NCBI GenBank assembly: GCA_043228905.1
Contig: JBHGNT010000007.1
Location: 12,772,001 to 12,836,000 of the forward strand
Reading direction: 5' to 3'
From: Azolla caroliniana
Taxonomy: Eukaryota > Plantae > Polypodiophyta
DNA length: 64,000 bases
The notes under the pieces were generated by a model. That model was given only the letters and a program-made list of their open reading frames with translations. It was not told where the DNA came from and did no database searches. Shown here piece by piece: positions 51,399 through 64,000 of this stretch (position 1 is the first letter of the stretch; each line of letters begins with the position of its first letter). Position numbers and translations under genes: made by a program.

Positions 51399-54300
51399 GC
51401 TGAATTGTTCGTGAACTTCAAAGACCAACATCCTAACATCAATCTTGGAGTTCACAAGTTCCAAGGTTTGAAACCGTTTTTTGTTAGAAAGTTATAAGAG
51501 AGGAACACATGTTGTTGTTTGTACCACATTAAAATGGACATGTTAAGGCTTGGCCTAAACACAATGTGTATTGATTCTAAGGGTATACATGGGGATGAGT
51601 GTGTTTGCACTTGTGAGGTATGTAGATCAAATGGGAGTGATAATAGATGTAATGCACGAAACATGACTTATGCATCCGTTTCTGAGTTATGGAGGTCTTT
51701 TGTTTGTGAAAAACAAGCATCATCTAAGTGGCATAATCGTACATGTGTTCTAAGAACATGTAAGGTTGCCCACAACCGCTATTTTGTAGACATGAGCTTG
51801 AAGTAGATAACTGTCGTATTGTGAAATGGAAATATTTAGAGTATGTGACAGAAAATATAGGTAAGGGTCTCATTAGTAAGCGTATCAAGGAAGTATATAA
51901 GGAGACATGTGCTACTACTCTTGTCTTAGATTTTAAGAACCAACTCAAGGAGTTCATTCCACATAACTTTAGGAGTTATTGGCAAAATTCACAGTTCAAG
52001 GAATGTATAAATAACTTACCACCAGATGTTATGGTATCTGTTATTGACTTTGCAGAGAACTATACGTTTAAAGTTCAAAATGAGGTTTAGTCAACCCATT
52101 GGTACAATGACCAATGTACAATACTTGTAAATATTTGCTATTGGAGAGAAGATGGTGAGTTACATAAGAAATCAATATTCTACATTTCAGATGATAAAAA
52201 GCACGATGTGCTATTTGTTCAACATTGTTTTAAGCTTCACCATGCAAATTTATTGTCCTTGGGTGTTAACATTAATCGCCATTGGGTGTGGTTTGATGGT
52301 GCTGCCTCGCAATTTAAGGCAGCCCGGTCCTTCTACTTCATTGCAAGGTGAGGAAATAATCCATATGTTTGGTACTTATAAATGGAAGCCTATTTTGGTA
52401 ATACTCTATAGTACTTATAAATGTTTGTATAAAATACAATTAGTAATTCTCCTACTACATGCACCAGTACTGTCTTGAAATGTGAATCTGAACTGATTGG
52501 CCATTTAGTTCTCTCCTCCTAGATTCACTAATATTGATTATGGTAATAACTGTGTTAAGTAAACTTAATTTACAACTTAGCATTGTCCTCCTACGTGCAC
52601 AAGTACTAATTAAGGTTCAGGCCTTGTAATGTATCCTTAATTTACAACATAGTATTGTCCTCTCTAGTGCACATGCACAAGTATTGACTATGGTTTACAA
52701 CTAAGTACTCAGATTAAGCATGCACAAGTACTAATTTATAACTTAGGATTGTATTCCTTCGTTGGCAGGAGTACTAATTTATATCTCAGCACTGTCCTCT
52801 CTTGTGCATTAGTACTAATGAATAACTTAGTATTATCCTCTTTCGTTCATTAGTACTAATTTATAACTTTGGACTACTATATTCGGCAAGCACGAGCACT
52901 AATTAATACTTAGCATTGTCCTCTGTCATACATTTGTACTAATTAATAACTTAGTTGTATTCAACTTTGTTCATTAGTACTAATTTATAACTTAGTATTG
53001 TCCTCTCTCATTAGTACTAATTATTAGCTTAGTACTATCCAACCATGTTCATTGGTACTAATTTATAACTTAGGATTGTCCTCTCTCATTAGTACTAATT
53101 ATTAACTAAGTATTATCTAACCATGTTCATTAGTACTAATTTATAACTTTAGACTACTATATTCGGCAAGCACGACCACTAATTAATACCAAGCATTGTC
53201 CTCTCTCATACATTTGTACTAATTAATAACTTAGTTGTATTCAACTTTGTTCATTAGTACTAATTTATAACTCCGGATTGTCCTCTCTCATTAGTAATAA
53301 TTATTAACTTAGTACTATCCAACCATGTTCATTAGTACTAATTATTAACTTAGTACTGTCCAACTTTGTTCATTAAGACCAATTTATAACTTAGGACTGT
53401 CCTCTCTCATGCATTAGTGCTAATTTCCTACTTAGTACTGTCCAATATTGTTCATTATGACCAACTTATAACTTAGGACTATTCTCCCTCACGCATTAGT
53501 ACTAATTAATAACTTATCACTTCCCTCTCTTGTATGTTAGTACTAATGTCCAACTTAGTACTATCCTCTCTTGTGCATTAGTACTATCCTCTCTTGTTCA
53601 TTTGAACTGATTCGGGTTTTAGTATTGTCCTCTCTCAAGCATAAGTAATAATTATGGTTTAAGTCATGTAATTAATTGTGTTTGTTGGTGAACTATCATG
53701 CAAAACACCCAGATACTTCTCATTGACAAACATTAGGATGCAATGGAACTACTTCGGGTCTGGACATGGAAAGGGAGAGCACGATGGCACAGGGGCTGTA
53801 ATCAAGCGTGCTCTTACAAGTGAGCAATTGCATAATAAAGGTGCTAAGTTACAAAATGCACATGATGTTGTGGAGTGGCTCACATGGAGATGTCAAATGA
53901 TGGTAAGAATAGATTGTTTATTGAGGTTCGTGCTAATGGGGTGGATATGAGTAAATCATATGGTTGTAAAATTGTGAAAGGGACGCGCAAGACCCATTGT
54001 GTTTTAGGGTTTAGTCGCAACGATACAACACAATTGTTATTCTGCAGTTTATTGTGTTTTTGTTCCATGTGTTTAGATGAAGCTTGGGATGAATGCACCA
54101 ATCTATCAATTGTGGAGCCATAGAAGCTACAGAAGCTTGAGATAGAACAATGTGTGCATATCCAAGAAAACGAACATTCAGACAATATTGTATACTACAA
54201 CTAGTGTGAGGACTTGGCAATATTATTGGAAGTTGGAGATCATTTTGCGGTGCTCAAATCTCCTCAAAATGAAGATTTTGAAGACTACTACATTGTGGTG

Positions 54301-54580
54301 TGCAAGCAAGGAAATACAATATTGGAAGAAGTCGTGAGGGATGGTTGGGGCACTATGTTCAGTGTTAGTGAGTTTGTCGTGTATGGCAACTACTATGCAA
54401 AGTTGCCACAATGCAAGAACACATATTGCCACCGCAATAACCTATGTTGATGCCATTATCGCAATCAAGTTCACTATGACTCAAGCAAAGCACAAGGTTA
54501 AGGGATACAACATTGTCTACAAAGTCCCCAAAGTGGTACATGAACACATATTGGGGGAGGTCTCCCTCTTTAATGCTTAG
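51399..54580 (+). pseudogene. Sola2-like DDD transposase pseudogene with intron 52348-53712
   Basis: FKDQHPNI...TCCCLYH; VIDFAENY...STHW; SDDKKHD; WFDGAASQFK; in-frame splice AG|A to QWNYFGSGHGKGEHDG. Several stops and frameshifts. Superfamily assigned from my recall of the motifs. Confidence 0.75.
52430..53660. repeat. AT-rich minisatellite (TTAGTACTAAT...AACTTAG...GTCCTCTC, about 40-bp units) filling the transposase intron
   Basis: Many imperfect units with a higher-order repeat of about 290 bp. Confidence 0.9.
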
Positions 54581-54652
54581 AATGGCAAGCACTCTTAATA
54601 TGTAACTTTCGCAAGTATTCAAACCCCGACTTACAAATGAAAGGAAATATAT

Positions 54653-57600
54653 TGTGAAAGTGTTTTTAGAATTCAAGGTATTGAAGTCTACAAAAATATA
54701 AGGTATGGAGCATTCACACCCGAAGGCCAAGAACACGAGCTAAGGTTTCAAGTATAAGTCAAACTAAAAGCAAGAAAGATGGAGAAAAGTAAAAGAAGGA
54801 AAAAGCAGACCACCAAAAAGCAGTCAGAAACAAACGCTCATAAATCTCTCGTTTGACACCCAAATATCACGTGTAAATATGGGTTAGAAAGCTTATGACG
54901 AGAGCTATCCGTAGCTTTTGAAAACTCTAAAATTGGAGCATGGATGAGGGAGATATGACGATTAGAAGATCGTTGTGTCATAACTAAGAATAGGAGATAG
55001 AAAAGCTCTAAAAAAAGCGTGAAAAAGAAAGCAAGCGAAACTTATCTACTAGAGGAGAACTTCATATAAAGCAAGAAGAGTGAGGTGGTGAAGAGAGCTT
55101 TTTTCTTGTGGTGTTTTTCTTGCCTATTCATGTAGTGCGTTTTTCTAGTGATCAATTCATCCTTGTAGGCTTGAGTTTATGTATCTTCTTTCTCTTGTTT
55201 CTATGATCATCACTCCTTATTAATATATCTTTGTAGATTTGGGTTTCTATATCTTCCTTCTCTCTCTTTTCTATCATCATCTCTCTTGAAAAAGAAAGCA
55301 AGCGAAACTTATCTACTAGAGGAGAACTTCATATAAAGCAAGAAGAGTGAGGTGGTGAAGAGAGCTTTTTTTAGAGCTTTTCCATCTCCTATTCTTAGCT
55401 ATGACACAACGATCTTCTAATCGTCATATCTCCCTCATCCATGCTCCAATTTTAGAGTTTTCAAAAGCTACAGATAGCTCTCGTCATAAGCTTTCTAACC
55501 CATATTTACACGTGATATTTGGGTGTCAAACGAGAGATTTATGAGCGTTTGTTTCTGACTGCTTTTTCCTTCTTTTACTTTTCTCCATCTTTCTTGCTTT
55601 TAGTTTGACTTATACTTGAAACCTTAGCTCGTGTTCTTGGCCTTCGGGTGTGAATGCTCCATACCTTATATTTTTGTAGACTTCAATACCTTGAATTCTA
55701 AAAACACTTTCACATTTAGCCCTCCCCCTTGCTTTTAGGTGAACCATTTATGGTGAACCCTAAGCTACTAATAAAACTAAAGGTTCTCCTTCGCCTTATT
55801 CATGGCTATAGACAAAGAAGGAGAAAATAAATAGAAAAGAAACAAACTATGTGAGTAAAACCCCCGTTAGTCGATAGGAAAAACCTCACACTTCTAAACA
55901 CACACATATACACATTGACAATTGCCATCACCATCTTTCTCCTTGTCAACACAAAGAAAGAGGTTACAACAATTAGTATATCTTCATCAACTTTCCAAAC
56001 AGAAGTAGGTCTATGTGATACATAACTCTTGATAGAAGTAAGCATGTTAACATATGAATAAATCTTTCGAGCGAGCGAACCTTTTGTACAAATACCTTCA
56101 AAGCTTCGAGACTTGTCAGGATTGTCATATTTTGAATTATGTCAATCTTTGCTTCATCAACATGACTTTGTTCATGGCACACCACATTCTCCACATTACC
56201 TTGTTTTGTATGTATGACCATTTCATCTAGAATCTCATCTCGAAAAGGAAGCAAAAATAAATCTCGTTTGGTTGAATCATTCAAGGGTTGGAAGTTGACG
56301 TCTTTCTCCTTTGGAACAACCACAATAAGTGAGACAAACTTCAAATTCTCCAACTTGATGTGGTGCTTGATGCCTTCTACTCTTATCTGTGAATAGTCAT
56401 TTATGAATAACTTTGTAAACTTAAAAAAGAGAGAAATAAACCTTAGATCCTCTTCTCCTTGGACATTGTTTGAAATCATCTTCTTTTTCCCTTCTTCAAT
56501 GACTTCTTCTTCCTCCTTAGACACCATATGGAATGATTTGTTTTCCCTATCCCACGAATATTCATCAATTGTTATGCTTTCCTCTTCTTGCTTGCCATTG
56601 TCGATAGATGATTCCTCCTACTTTATACATTTGATTAGTTGTGGTGGATCCTTTGATGGTGATAAATTCATGATACTCCAATCATGCATTACAAGTAATT
56701 CTCTTGGCTCTTGGTCAAATTGTTGTTGAAGAGTTAATGCCCACATAACTTTGTTGCTACTCAATGCAAAACCAAAACACAAATCTTTCACGAACACCTT
56801 CATACACTGCAACTTGGCACTTACCAATGCTTCCTTACACGCATTGATCTCCAAAAACCAATCTCCAGCTATCACTTTGACGTTACCTTCTTCATCTTGC
56901 AACTCCCTTGTGGGTACTTCACCATCAACAACTTCTTTTGTCATATCTTCCATTTCATCTTGCACATATTCATCATCAACCACCATATCGCTTGTTGTAT
57001 CAATAATGTCCTCAACATGATGTACATTGGCATCACCATACATAACATCGCTTCTCATAACAATCTCCTTAGATTCGTCTTTCACATCATCATTCTTTAT
57101 ATCATGGTTGTCCTCATGAACTAGATGGGGGAACTCCACATTCATCACCTAGAAGTGTGAGGTTTTTCCTATCGACTAACGGGGGTTTTACTCACATAGT
57201 TTGTTTCTTTTCTATTTATTTTCTCCTTCTTTGTCTATAGCCATGAATAAGGCAAAGGAGAACCTTTAGTTTTATTAGTAGCTTAGGGTTCACTATAAAT
57301 GGTTCACCTAAAAGCAAGGGGGAGGGCTAAATGTGAAAGTGTTTTTAGAATTCAAGGTATTGAAGTCTACAAAAATATAAGGTATGGAGCATTCACACCC
57401 GAAGGCCAAGAACACGAGCTAATGTTTCAAGTATAAGTCAAACTAAAAGCAAGAAAGATGGAGAAAAGTAAAAGAAGGAAAAAGCAGACCACCAAAAAGC
57501 AGTCAGAAACAAACGCTCATAAATCTCTCGTTTGACACCCAAATATCACGTGTAAATATGGGTTAGAAAGCTTATGACGAGAGCTATCCGTAGCTTTTGA

Positions 57601-57978
57601 AAACTCTAAAATTGGAGGATGGATGAGGGAGATATGACGATTAGAAGATCGTTGTGTCATAACTAAGAATAGGAGATAGAAAAGCTCTAAAAAAAGCGTG
57701 AAAAAGAAAGCAAGCGAAACTTATCTACTAGAGGAGAACTTCATATAAAGCAAGAAGAGTGAGGTGGTGAAAAGAGCTTTTTTCTTGTGGTGTTTTTCTT
57801 GCCTATTCATGTAGTGCGTTTTTCTAGTGATCAATTCATCCTTGTAGGCTTGAGTTTATGTATCTTCTTTCTCTTGTTTCTATGATCATCACTCCTTATT
57901 AATATATCTTTGTAGATTTGGGTTTCTATATCTTCCTTCTCTCTCTTTTCTACCTTGAATTCTAAAAACACTTTCACA
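54653..57978. mobile_element. rearranged fold-back LTR-retrotransposon derivative with TSD TATAT
   Basis: LTR copies at 54653 (+), 55364-55714 (-) and 57332 (+). PPT AAGGGGGAGGG at 57316-57326 and its reverse complement at about 55720-55730. TATAT at 54648-54652 and 57979-57983. Confidence 0.85.
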
Positions 57979-58811
57979 TATATCATCTTGGGTTTTCATA
58001 TGTATCTTTTTGAAATATTATGAGTTTGCAATGACAAATCTGACGATATCCCTCTTTGGTTTAGATATGTACGTTTCTTTTACATAAAGTGTCTAGGGCT
58101 TGTTAAAAAATCTCTTTGGTTAGTACTCAAACTGCGTTAAGTGTTTACTAACCTAGAGATATCCAAGTTAGGAGGGTTCATTCCAAGTTTTACTCACCTC
58201 CTCACACATGTTAAAAGTGTGTGCCTATAACTCTTTAGGAGTTCACATGTATCAAAGTTAGTACAATGCATATCAAGCTAGTACTAAAATTGTGTTAAGT
58301 GTTTGCTAACCTAGACATATCTAAGATAGGAGTGTTCATTCCACTCATCACTTATCTTCTCACTGTCACATGTGTGCATAACAAGTAAACCAAAATAGTG
58401 TCAAGATGAGGGTAATCAATAACTTAGCATTCCTATCAATTACAGACAACCACCCAGATACAATAAACTTAGCACTTCATCATCGGAGGTAGTAGACTAT
58501 TGAGTGGCATGAGGTAGTAGACATTTGGCTACAATGCATATCAAGTTAGTACTTAAACTTTGTTAAGTGTTTACTAACCTAGACATATCTAAGGTAGGAG
58601 TGTTCATTCCACTCATCACTCATCTTCTCACTATCACATGTGTGCATAGCAAGTGTCAATGTGATCCACCACAAATATATGAGTTTGACCAATTGTATCA
58701 AATTCACAATTTGGATAAGTAAACCAAAATAGTGTCAAGAAGCAAGTAATTAATAACTTTGCATTCGGTAATCAATTACAGACAACGATCTAAATACAAT
58801 AAACTTTGGTT

Positions 58812-60805
58812 TTAGTTATTTTTGGATCTTGTAATGCACTTATTTTTTGTTTCTTTCTTCTCAGATTTCACACCCTTCTTCATCTTAAAGCCACGAGGTA
58901 GTAAACTACTTAGTGGCAATTCATCACCGGAGGGTGAAGCCAAGCTTGAGGGAATAGTGTGCTCTATTGCAACTGTCTGAGATGCACACACTTCCAAGAA
59001 GATGTGGTCGATAGTCTCACCATTAATCTCCTGGAAGTCATTGGACACCTTGTTCTGCAATTTTCCCAGCTCCTCTTCATGGGTAGTAATCAGTAATGTT
59101 AGTACTAAACAACCAAGACCTTCATGTGGTGTTGTTCGGTCATGCAGAGCCTAAGTAAGGTGGACACAAAACGTACAATGTAATGAACAATTTAGTACAA
59201 ATACAAGTAGTTCACTAGACATTTAAGACCTTTAGTACTAACTAATCAATACTTAATCAAGTGATCACCAAGAAATACAATGTAATCACTATTGTTTGTA
59301 CTTAATCAACAAAAATGAGACTTGAGGGCACAATACTAAACCATCTAGACATGCAGTCGATATATTTAATGTGGTAATGGACAATGTTAATAATAAACAA
59401 CCAAGACCTTCATGTGGTGTTGTTTGGTCATGCAAAAGCTAAGTCAAGTGAATAGAAAACGTACAATGTAATGATCATAACAGTACTAATACAAGTTATA
59501 CAACTATACATTTAAGACCTTCCGTACTAAATAATCAGTACTGAATCAATTGATCACCAACGAATACAATATAACTAGTAATGATAGTACTTAATCAACA
59601 AAAAAGGGACTTGAGGGCACAATAATGAACCATCTGGACATGCAGTTGATATTTCCTGTGGTAATGAACAATGTTAGTACTAAACAACCAAGACCTTCAT
59701 GTGGTGTTGTTCGGTCATGCAAAACCTAAGTCAAGTGAATAGAAAACGTACAATGTAATGAACAATTTAGTACTAATACAAGTTATACAACACATTTAAG
59801 ACCTTCAATACTAAATCAACTGGTCACCAAGGAATACAATGTAATCAGTAATGTTAGTACTTAATCAACAACCTAGGAACTTAAAGGAATAGTACTGAAC
59901 CACCTAGACATGCATATTTCATGTGGTAATGAACAACCAAGACCTTCATGCCTATTTGTTTGGTCATGCAAAGCCTAAGTCAAGTGGACACAAAAAGTAC
60001 AATGCAATAAACAATGTTAGTACTAATACAAGTTATACAACTAAACATTTAAGACCTTTACTACTAAATAATCCGCACTGAATCAACTGATCACCAAGGA
60101 TTACAATGTAATCAGTAATGTTAGTACTGAATCATGAAAAAAGGATCTTAAGGGAACAATACTCATAGGTATAAGAACAGAACCAAAAGTAAAATTATAA
60201 AATCATAGTATAAAAATTGCATAATGCTAATCACATACCATAGGAGTGTACTTTCAAACCCCAAGCTAGGTACCATTTAGCTCCAACTCTACTTTTATAG
60301 TCCAAACATATATTTTCTTTCCCAAAATGGTACTTAACGCATAATAAATGATATGTGTGCAAGCATGGTGTAACGATAACATCCATAGCCTCAAGCTCGA
60401 ATCCAAGGCCACAAAATAAACACCTTCCGTAACGAGACACAACATACACTATATTAGCACCAATGATATTTTATACCATAGAAGGTCAAAAAGGAAAAAT
60501 ATAAACCATTACCATGATATAGTAATACTTGTAATTGTAATTTCCATGCAAGAAGGGTGCTCAACTACGTCTGGACACAGAGTATCTAAAACTTTTTATT
60601 TTAGACCCTTCATCAAACATGTTAGGTTCTCTGAATGCAGCTTTAAGGCTAATAACTGCCCATCAATTTTAGAACGAAAAGACCTCCATGTCTCTAGATC
60701 TTTCTTCTGTGCTTCTAGATGAGTACCCATATTTGTGAGCTCCTTCTTCAACTCCTCTTTTAACACATCGCTTTTAGAATTTTGGATTGTTGTGTTGTCC
60801 ATAGG
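58812..60805 (-). pseudogene. spliced coiled-coil plus RING-H2-like gene remnant; exons 60805-60513, 60423-60239, 59074-58812
   Basis: GT-AG introns join in frame. CLFC-x13-CLHTYHLLC-x10-CLDY (last Cys is Tyr). One in-frame TAA at 60596-60598. No 5' exon identified. Confidence 0.7.
59085..60160. repeat. tandem repeat (units of about 270-300 bp with TAGTACTA motifs) filling the RING-gene intron
   Basis: AACAACCAAGACCTTCATG occurs four times (about 59108, 59396, 59683, 59931). Confidence 0.9.
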
Positions 60806-61019
60806 CTAGAAATATAAATATATTATGTAAACTCGCCATTAGGTAGAAGAGTAGGTGAGGAAATAGGTAAGACTAGAAATAGCCGTGTTTTAGCCCTCAC
60901 AATCAGCCAATGGCTCGGCTCTGTTTGAAGGGGAAAACTATATAGCCCAAGTTATGCATACCTCAAGGGGGGATTATCTAGATCATTCTTAGTGACAGTA
61001 ATATCACAACAACAAGTTC

Positions 61020-64000
61020 TGTACGAATTGTTTCCGGCTGAGGCTGAGTACTATAATCACTGTGAGCTTCATCATTTAATATAAGTTTTGTTTTTATTCT
61101 TCTATCTGTGTATTCTCCCCATACTCGTAAATAAAGCTACGTTTATGCCTAACGGGTTGTAGCTGGGTACGCTCCTCATTCTCCTTTCTTCTCCCCGTGT
61201 AGAAGAGACTTCCATGTAACACGATACCTTGACACTGATAGCCTGTGGGCTCATCGAAGGTGTTTTCCCAGAAACGGTTAACACAATTTGGCATGCCCGG
61301 TACAACTGTAAGGTCATAGCGAACTACGTTGGAAGCAAACTCTAGCCGCCATTACGGCGCCCAATCGCATCACACGGTCTCGGCCACCTGCCTGACGCCC
61401 TGAGCCAGTTGAAGGAACTTCCGACTCGGCGGTTACTGACCAATCGTTCCAGGAACTATCGGAGGCTCACCAGTTGCAATCCTCGCCACCCGATACCCAG
61501 TCGCGAGTTGATTCCGCACCAACCTCCCCGCCGAGCCCTCCAGAGGTCACCCAACCTAACTTTAACCCTTTTCCGGCTTTACCCGAGGACCCGGATCTCG
61601 ATACCATGCCTTACCCTTTCCCACGGTATAATGACGGCCCTGACACGGAATCACACACCTGGGTGTTCGTGTCCACATGGCAAGCCAACCACTCGACGCA
61701 GCGGTTATCGGCTGCCGAAATCGAGGCCTCCAAACTCGCGGAATTTTCTTTATCCCTCGATGGTCCGACTGCTCGATGGTATTCCCGCCTCGACATGGGA
61801 GAGGTCACAACGTTCCAGGATGTCCGGACAAAATTCCTACAATTATTTCATCGCCAAGTTCCGAAGTGGGAACTACTCCGGCAATTCTTTTCCATAAGCC
61901 AAGAACCTCACGAGATGGTCGCCCAGTTCACGATCCGGTTTCAGGATCTCTACCGACAACTGGCCGACGATGTCTCCACTCATCACATTCTGGATACCTT
62001 CCTGTCCAGCCTACGGGAGCCTCTATGAACCACTCCCGCACTTACAGATTTCTCCAACCAGACTATCGAGCAAGTCATCGCACGCGTCCTTGCAATCGAT
62101 CGGACACAGCATACCACGGTTTTCTCCACGGGCTCTTTGCAAAACTTCCTTCCTCAGGAGGAGAATCGTTTCCAACAAGCCCTTCAATGCACGGCCTACT
62201 CAGGCTCAGGCCATCTGGCTCTTGAGTGCCCTCACCGGCCACACTACCCCATATGTTTGTCCTAAGCTCACACGATCGCACAATGTGAGTACAACATGCT
62301 CAACCGCACAATGACGACTCCGGTTCGCCAGATCGAGCTGCGCAATACATACTCCCGGCAGGATGAACGTCAGTCATACCGACATCAGGCAAACGAGCAA
62401 CCACGATCCCCGGATCGCCAGCACCGTGACGACGACTACCGCCGTGACGACAACTATCGTCGCCACGACAATCGGTACCGCCATGACAATCGTAGGAGAT
62501 CAGGCGACCGTGACCAGTACCACGACGACCAATATAGAGCAAACGATGAGTATGATCGGTATGACGACGACTGGGAGGACCGGTATGATCAACGGTATGC
62601 ACGAAATGATCGACGAAACTCTTATAGAGGTTCGCGGAACAATCGACGTTAGAACGACAATCGTCGTTGGGAGCCCCCTCCAAACGCCCCGCACACCGCG
62701 CCACGGGCCAAACGCCTACCCAAGCGGTCGGGAACCAATCACAACCCTTCCCACACACTGAGCATGGTGACACCAACAACTCGGCATCCGTTATCTGGTT
62801 TAAGTGTAACCAACCCGACCACTAAGCTACCGAATGCCCAACCACAGACTGCGGAAAGGCCCCGACTGTGAATACTATTATGGCCAATGTCCAGCACGTC
62901 ACTACATGTAGGAAGACCCACGCCAACCAATGGCAAGAACAAGATAACGTCCGACAAGTAGCCAAGGAATGGATTGACACCGCCAACAAAAGCAACGTGG
63001 TACGGATGCACACAGAGATGTAGGACGTGACCATCGACGCACCATCGGCCGTAGGACCATCCACCACGGCAGAAGATGACCATCTATGGGAAGCCCTTAC
63101 AAGCGCTAGGATCTCGCTGCCATTACATAAGCTGTTACCACTCATGCCGCGCTTTCAGGATACCTTGGCTAAGCTCACGGCTAACGACAAATCGGTCGTA
63201 CCCCCTGTTAACTTGACGGAGCCAGGGACGGGCCCACCCCTCATGGATTCCTAGAATCCAGCCGTGAAAATCATGATTAAAGGAAGCGACCTTCATGGGT
63301 GCATTATCGACGGTGGCTCCGGTGTGAACGTCATCAGCGAGGCCACATGTTACACCCTTGGCATAAACCAATGGGAGCCTTGCCCCTTCTGGCTGCGGAT
63401 GGTAGATACGTGATCGGTTCACCCCATCGGGTTAATCCGCCACCTTGATTTCACGTTAGCCAGCCACTTGTTCACTATCTCGGTAGTCGTGTTATGTCTC
63501 GAAGCTCCGGGTGCTTACCCAATGCTGCTTGGCCGACCCTAGTTGCGCACAACAAATATTAAACAACATTGGCAGCGGAATATGATCTCCTTCCGTTGGG
63601 GGAAGTCCAAGGTATGGCTAATAACTAAAGAACACCTAACCATGCCTCACAAAAGTACGCCCTTACTCGCGGAAGGGGTACACATGCTCGACGGCTTAGT
63701 CGACGAAGAGGTGGATGACTTCCTAGAAGATCACCCCACTATCATACCCCTCTTCGAAATAAATGCCATTTTGGGTGTTGGCACACCACTAGACGAGGAT
63801 GGCACGACATATTCCCTTCCCCAGGACGACGTCGATCCCACCACTATCGCAGAACTACGACAAGCGCGGGACGCGTTTGAATGAGAACTCGCCATTTCCC
63901 AATGGTTAAAAGCATCAACGCTCGAGTCATTGAACCTCGGCTTAGACGAGACACTTCAAATCGCTAATAACTTACCAGCCGACGAACGGTCAACCCTGAT
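61020..64000 (+). mobile_element. degenerate Ty3/Gypsy element, 5' part (LTR start uncertain; PBS, gag, protease); runs off window
   Basis: ...TTAACACA followed by PBS-like TGGCATGCCCGG at 61289-61300. gag LSLDGPTARWY...FLQLF; R/D-rich linker; protease IIDGGSGVNVIS...LLGRP. Many stops. Confidence 0.85.

Larger units (their letters stand above)
50054..51466 (+). repeat. about 341-bp tandem duplication; second copy carries the solo LTR
   Basis: AGGAAGCCCGAGAGCTC at 50054 and 50395. Both copies end GTTCACAAGTTCCAAGG. Confidence 0.92.

Overview
Land-plant nuclear DNA, probably a fern or other non-seed plant (inferred from TE families and the very large TE-filled intron), dominated by nested transposons around one intact host gene. 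The gene is a 7-exon LSD1/LOL1-type triple zinc-finger gene (11760-29598, +, 207 aa). Its 14-kb second intron holds RTE LINEs and two rearranged Copia elements. The window also has a Ty3/Gypsy element with a predicted -1 frameshift (slippery site plus pseudoknot) and a solo LTR of the same family. Both LTRs carry an antisense tRNA-like Pol III unit and a series of conserved hairpins. Other contents: five Copia elements or remnants, an L1 LINE, a Sola2-like DNA transposase pseudogene facing a convergent spliced RING-H2 pseudogene, a fold-back LTR insertion with two U3 ends, a second degenerate Gypsy at the right edge, and a pre-miRNA-like hairpin whose arms resemble the last exon of the LSD1-like gene. 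All alignments and translations were read by eye; no searches were run.
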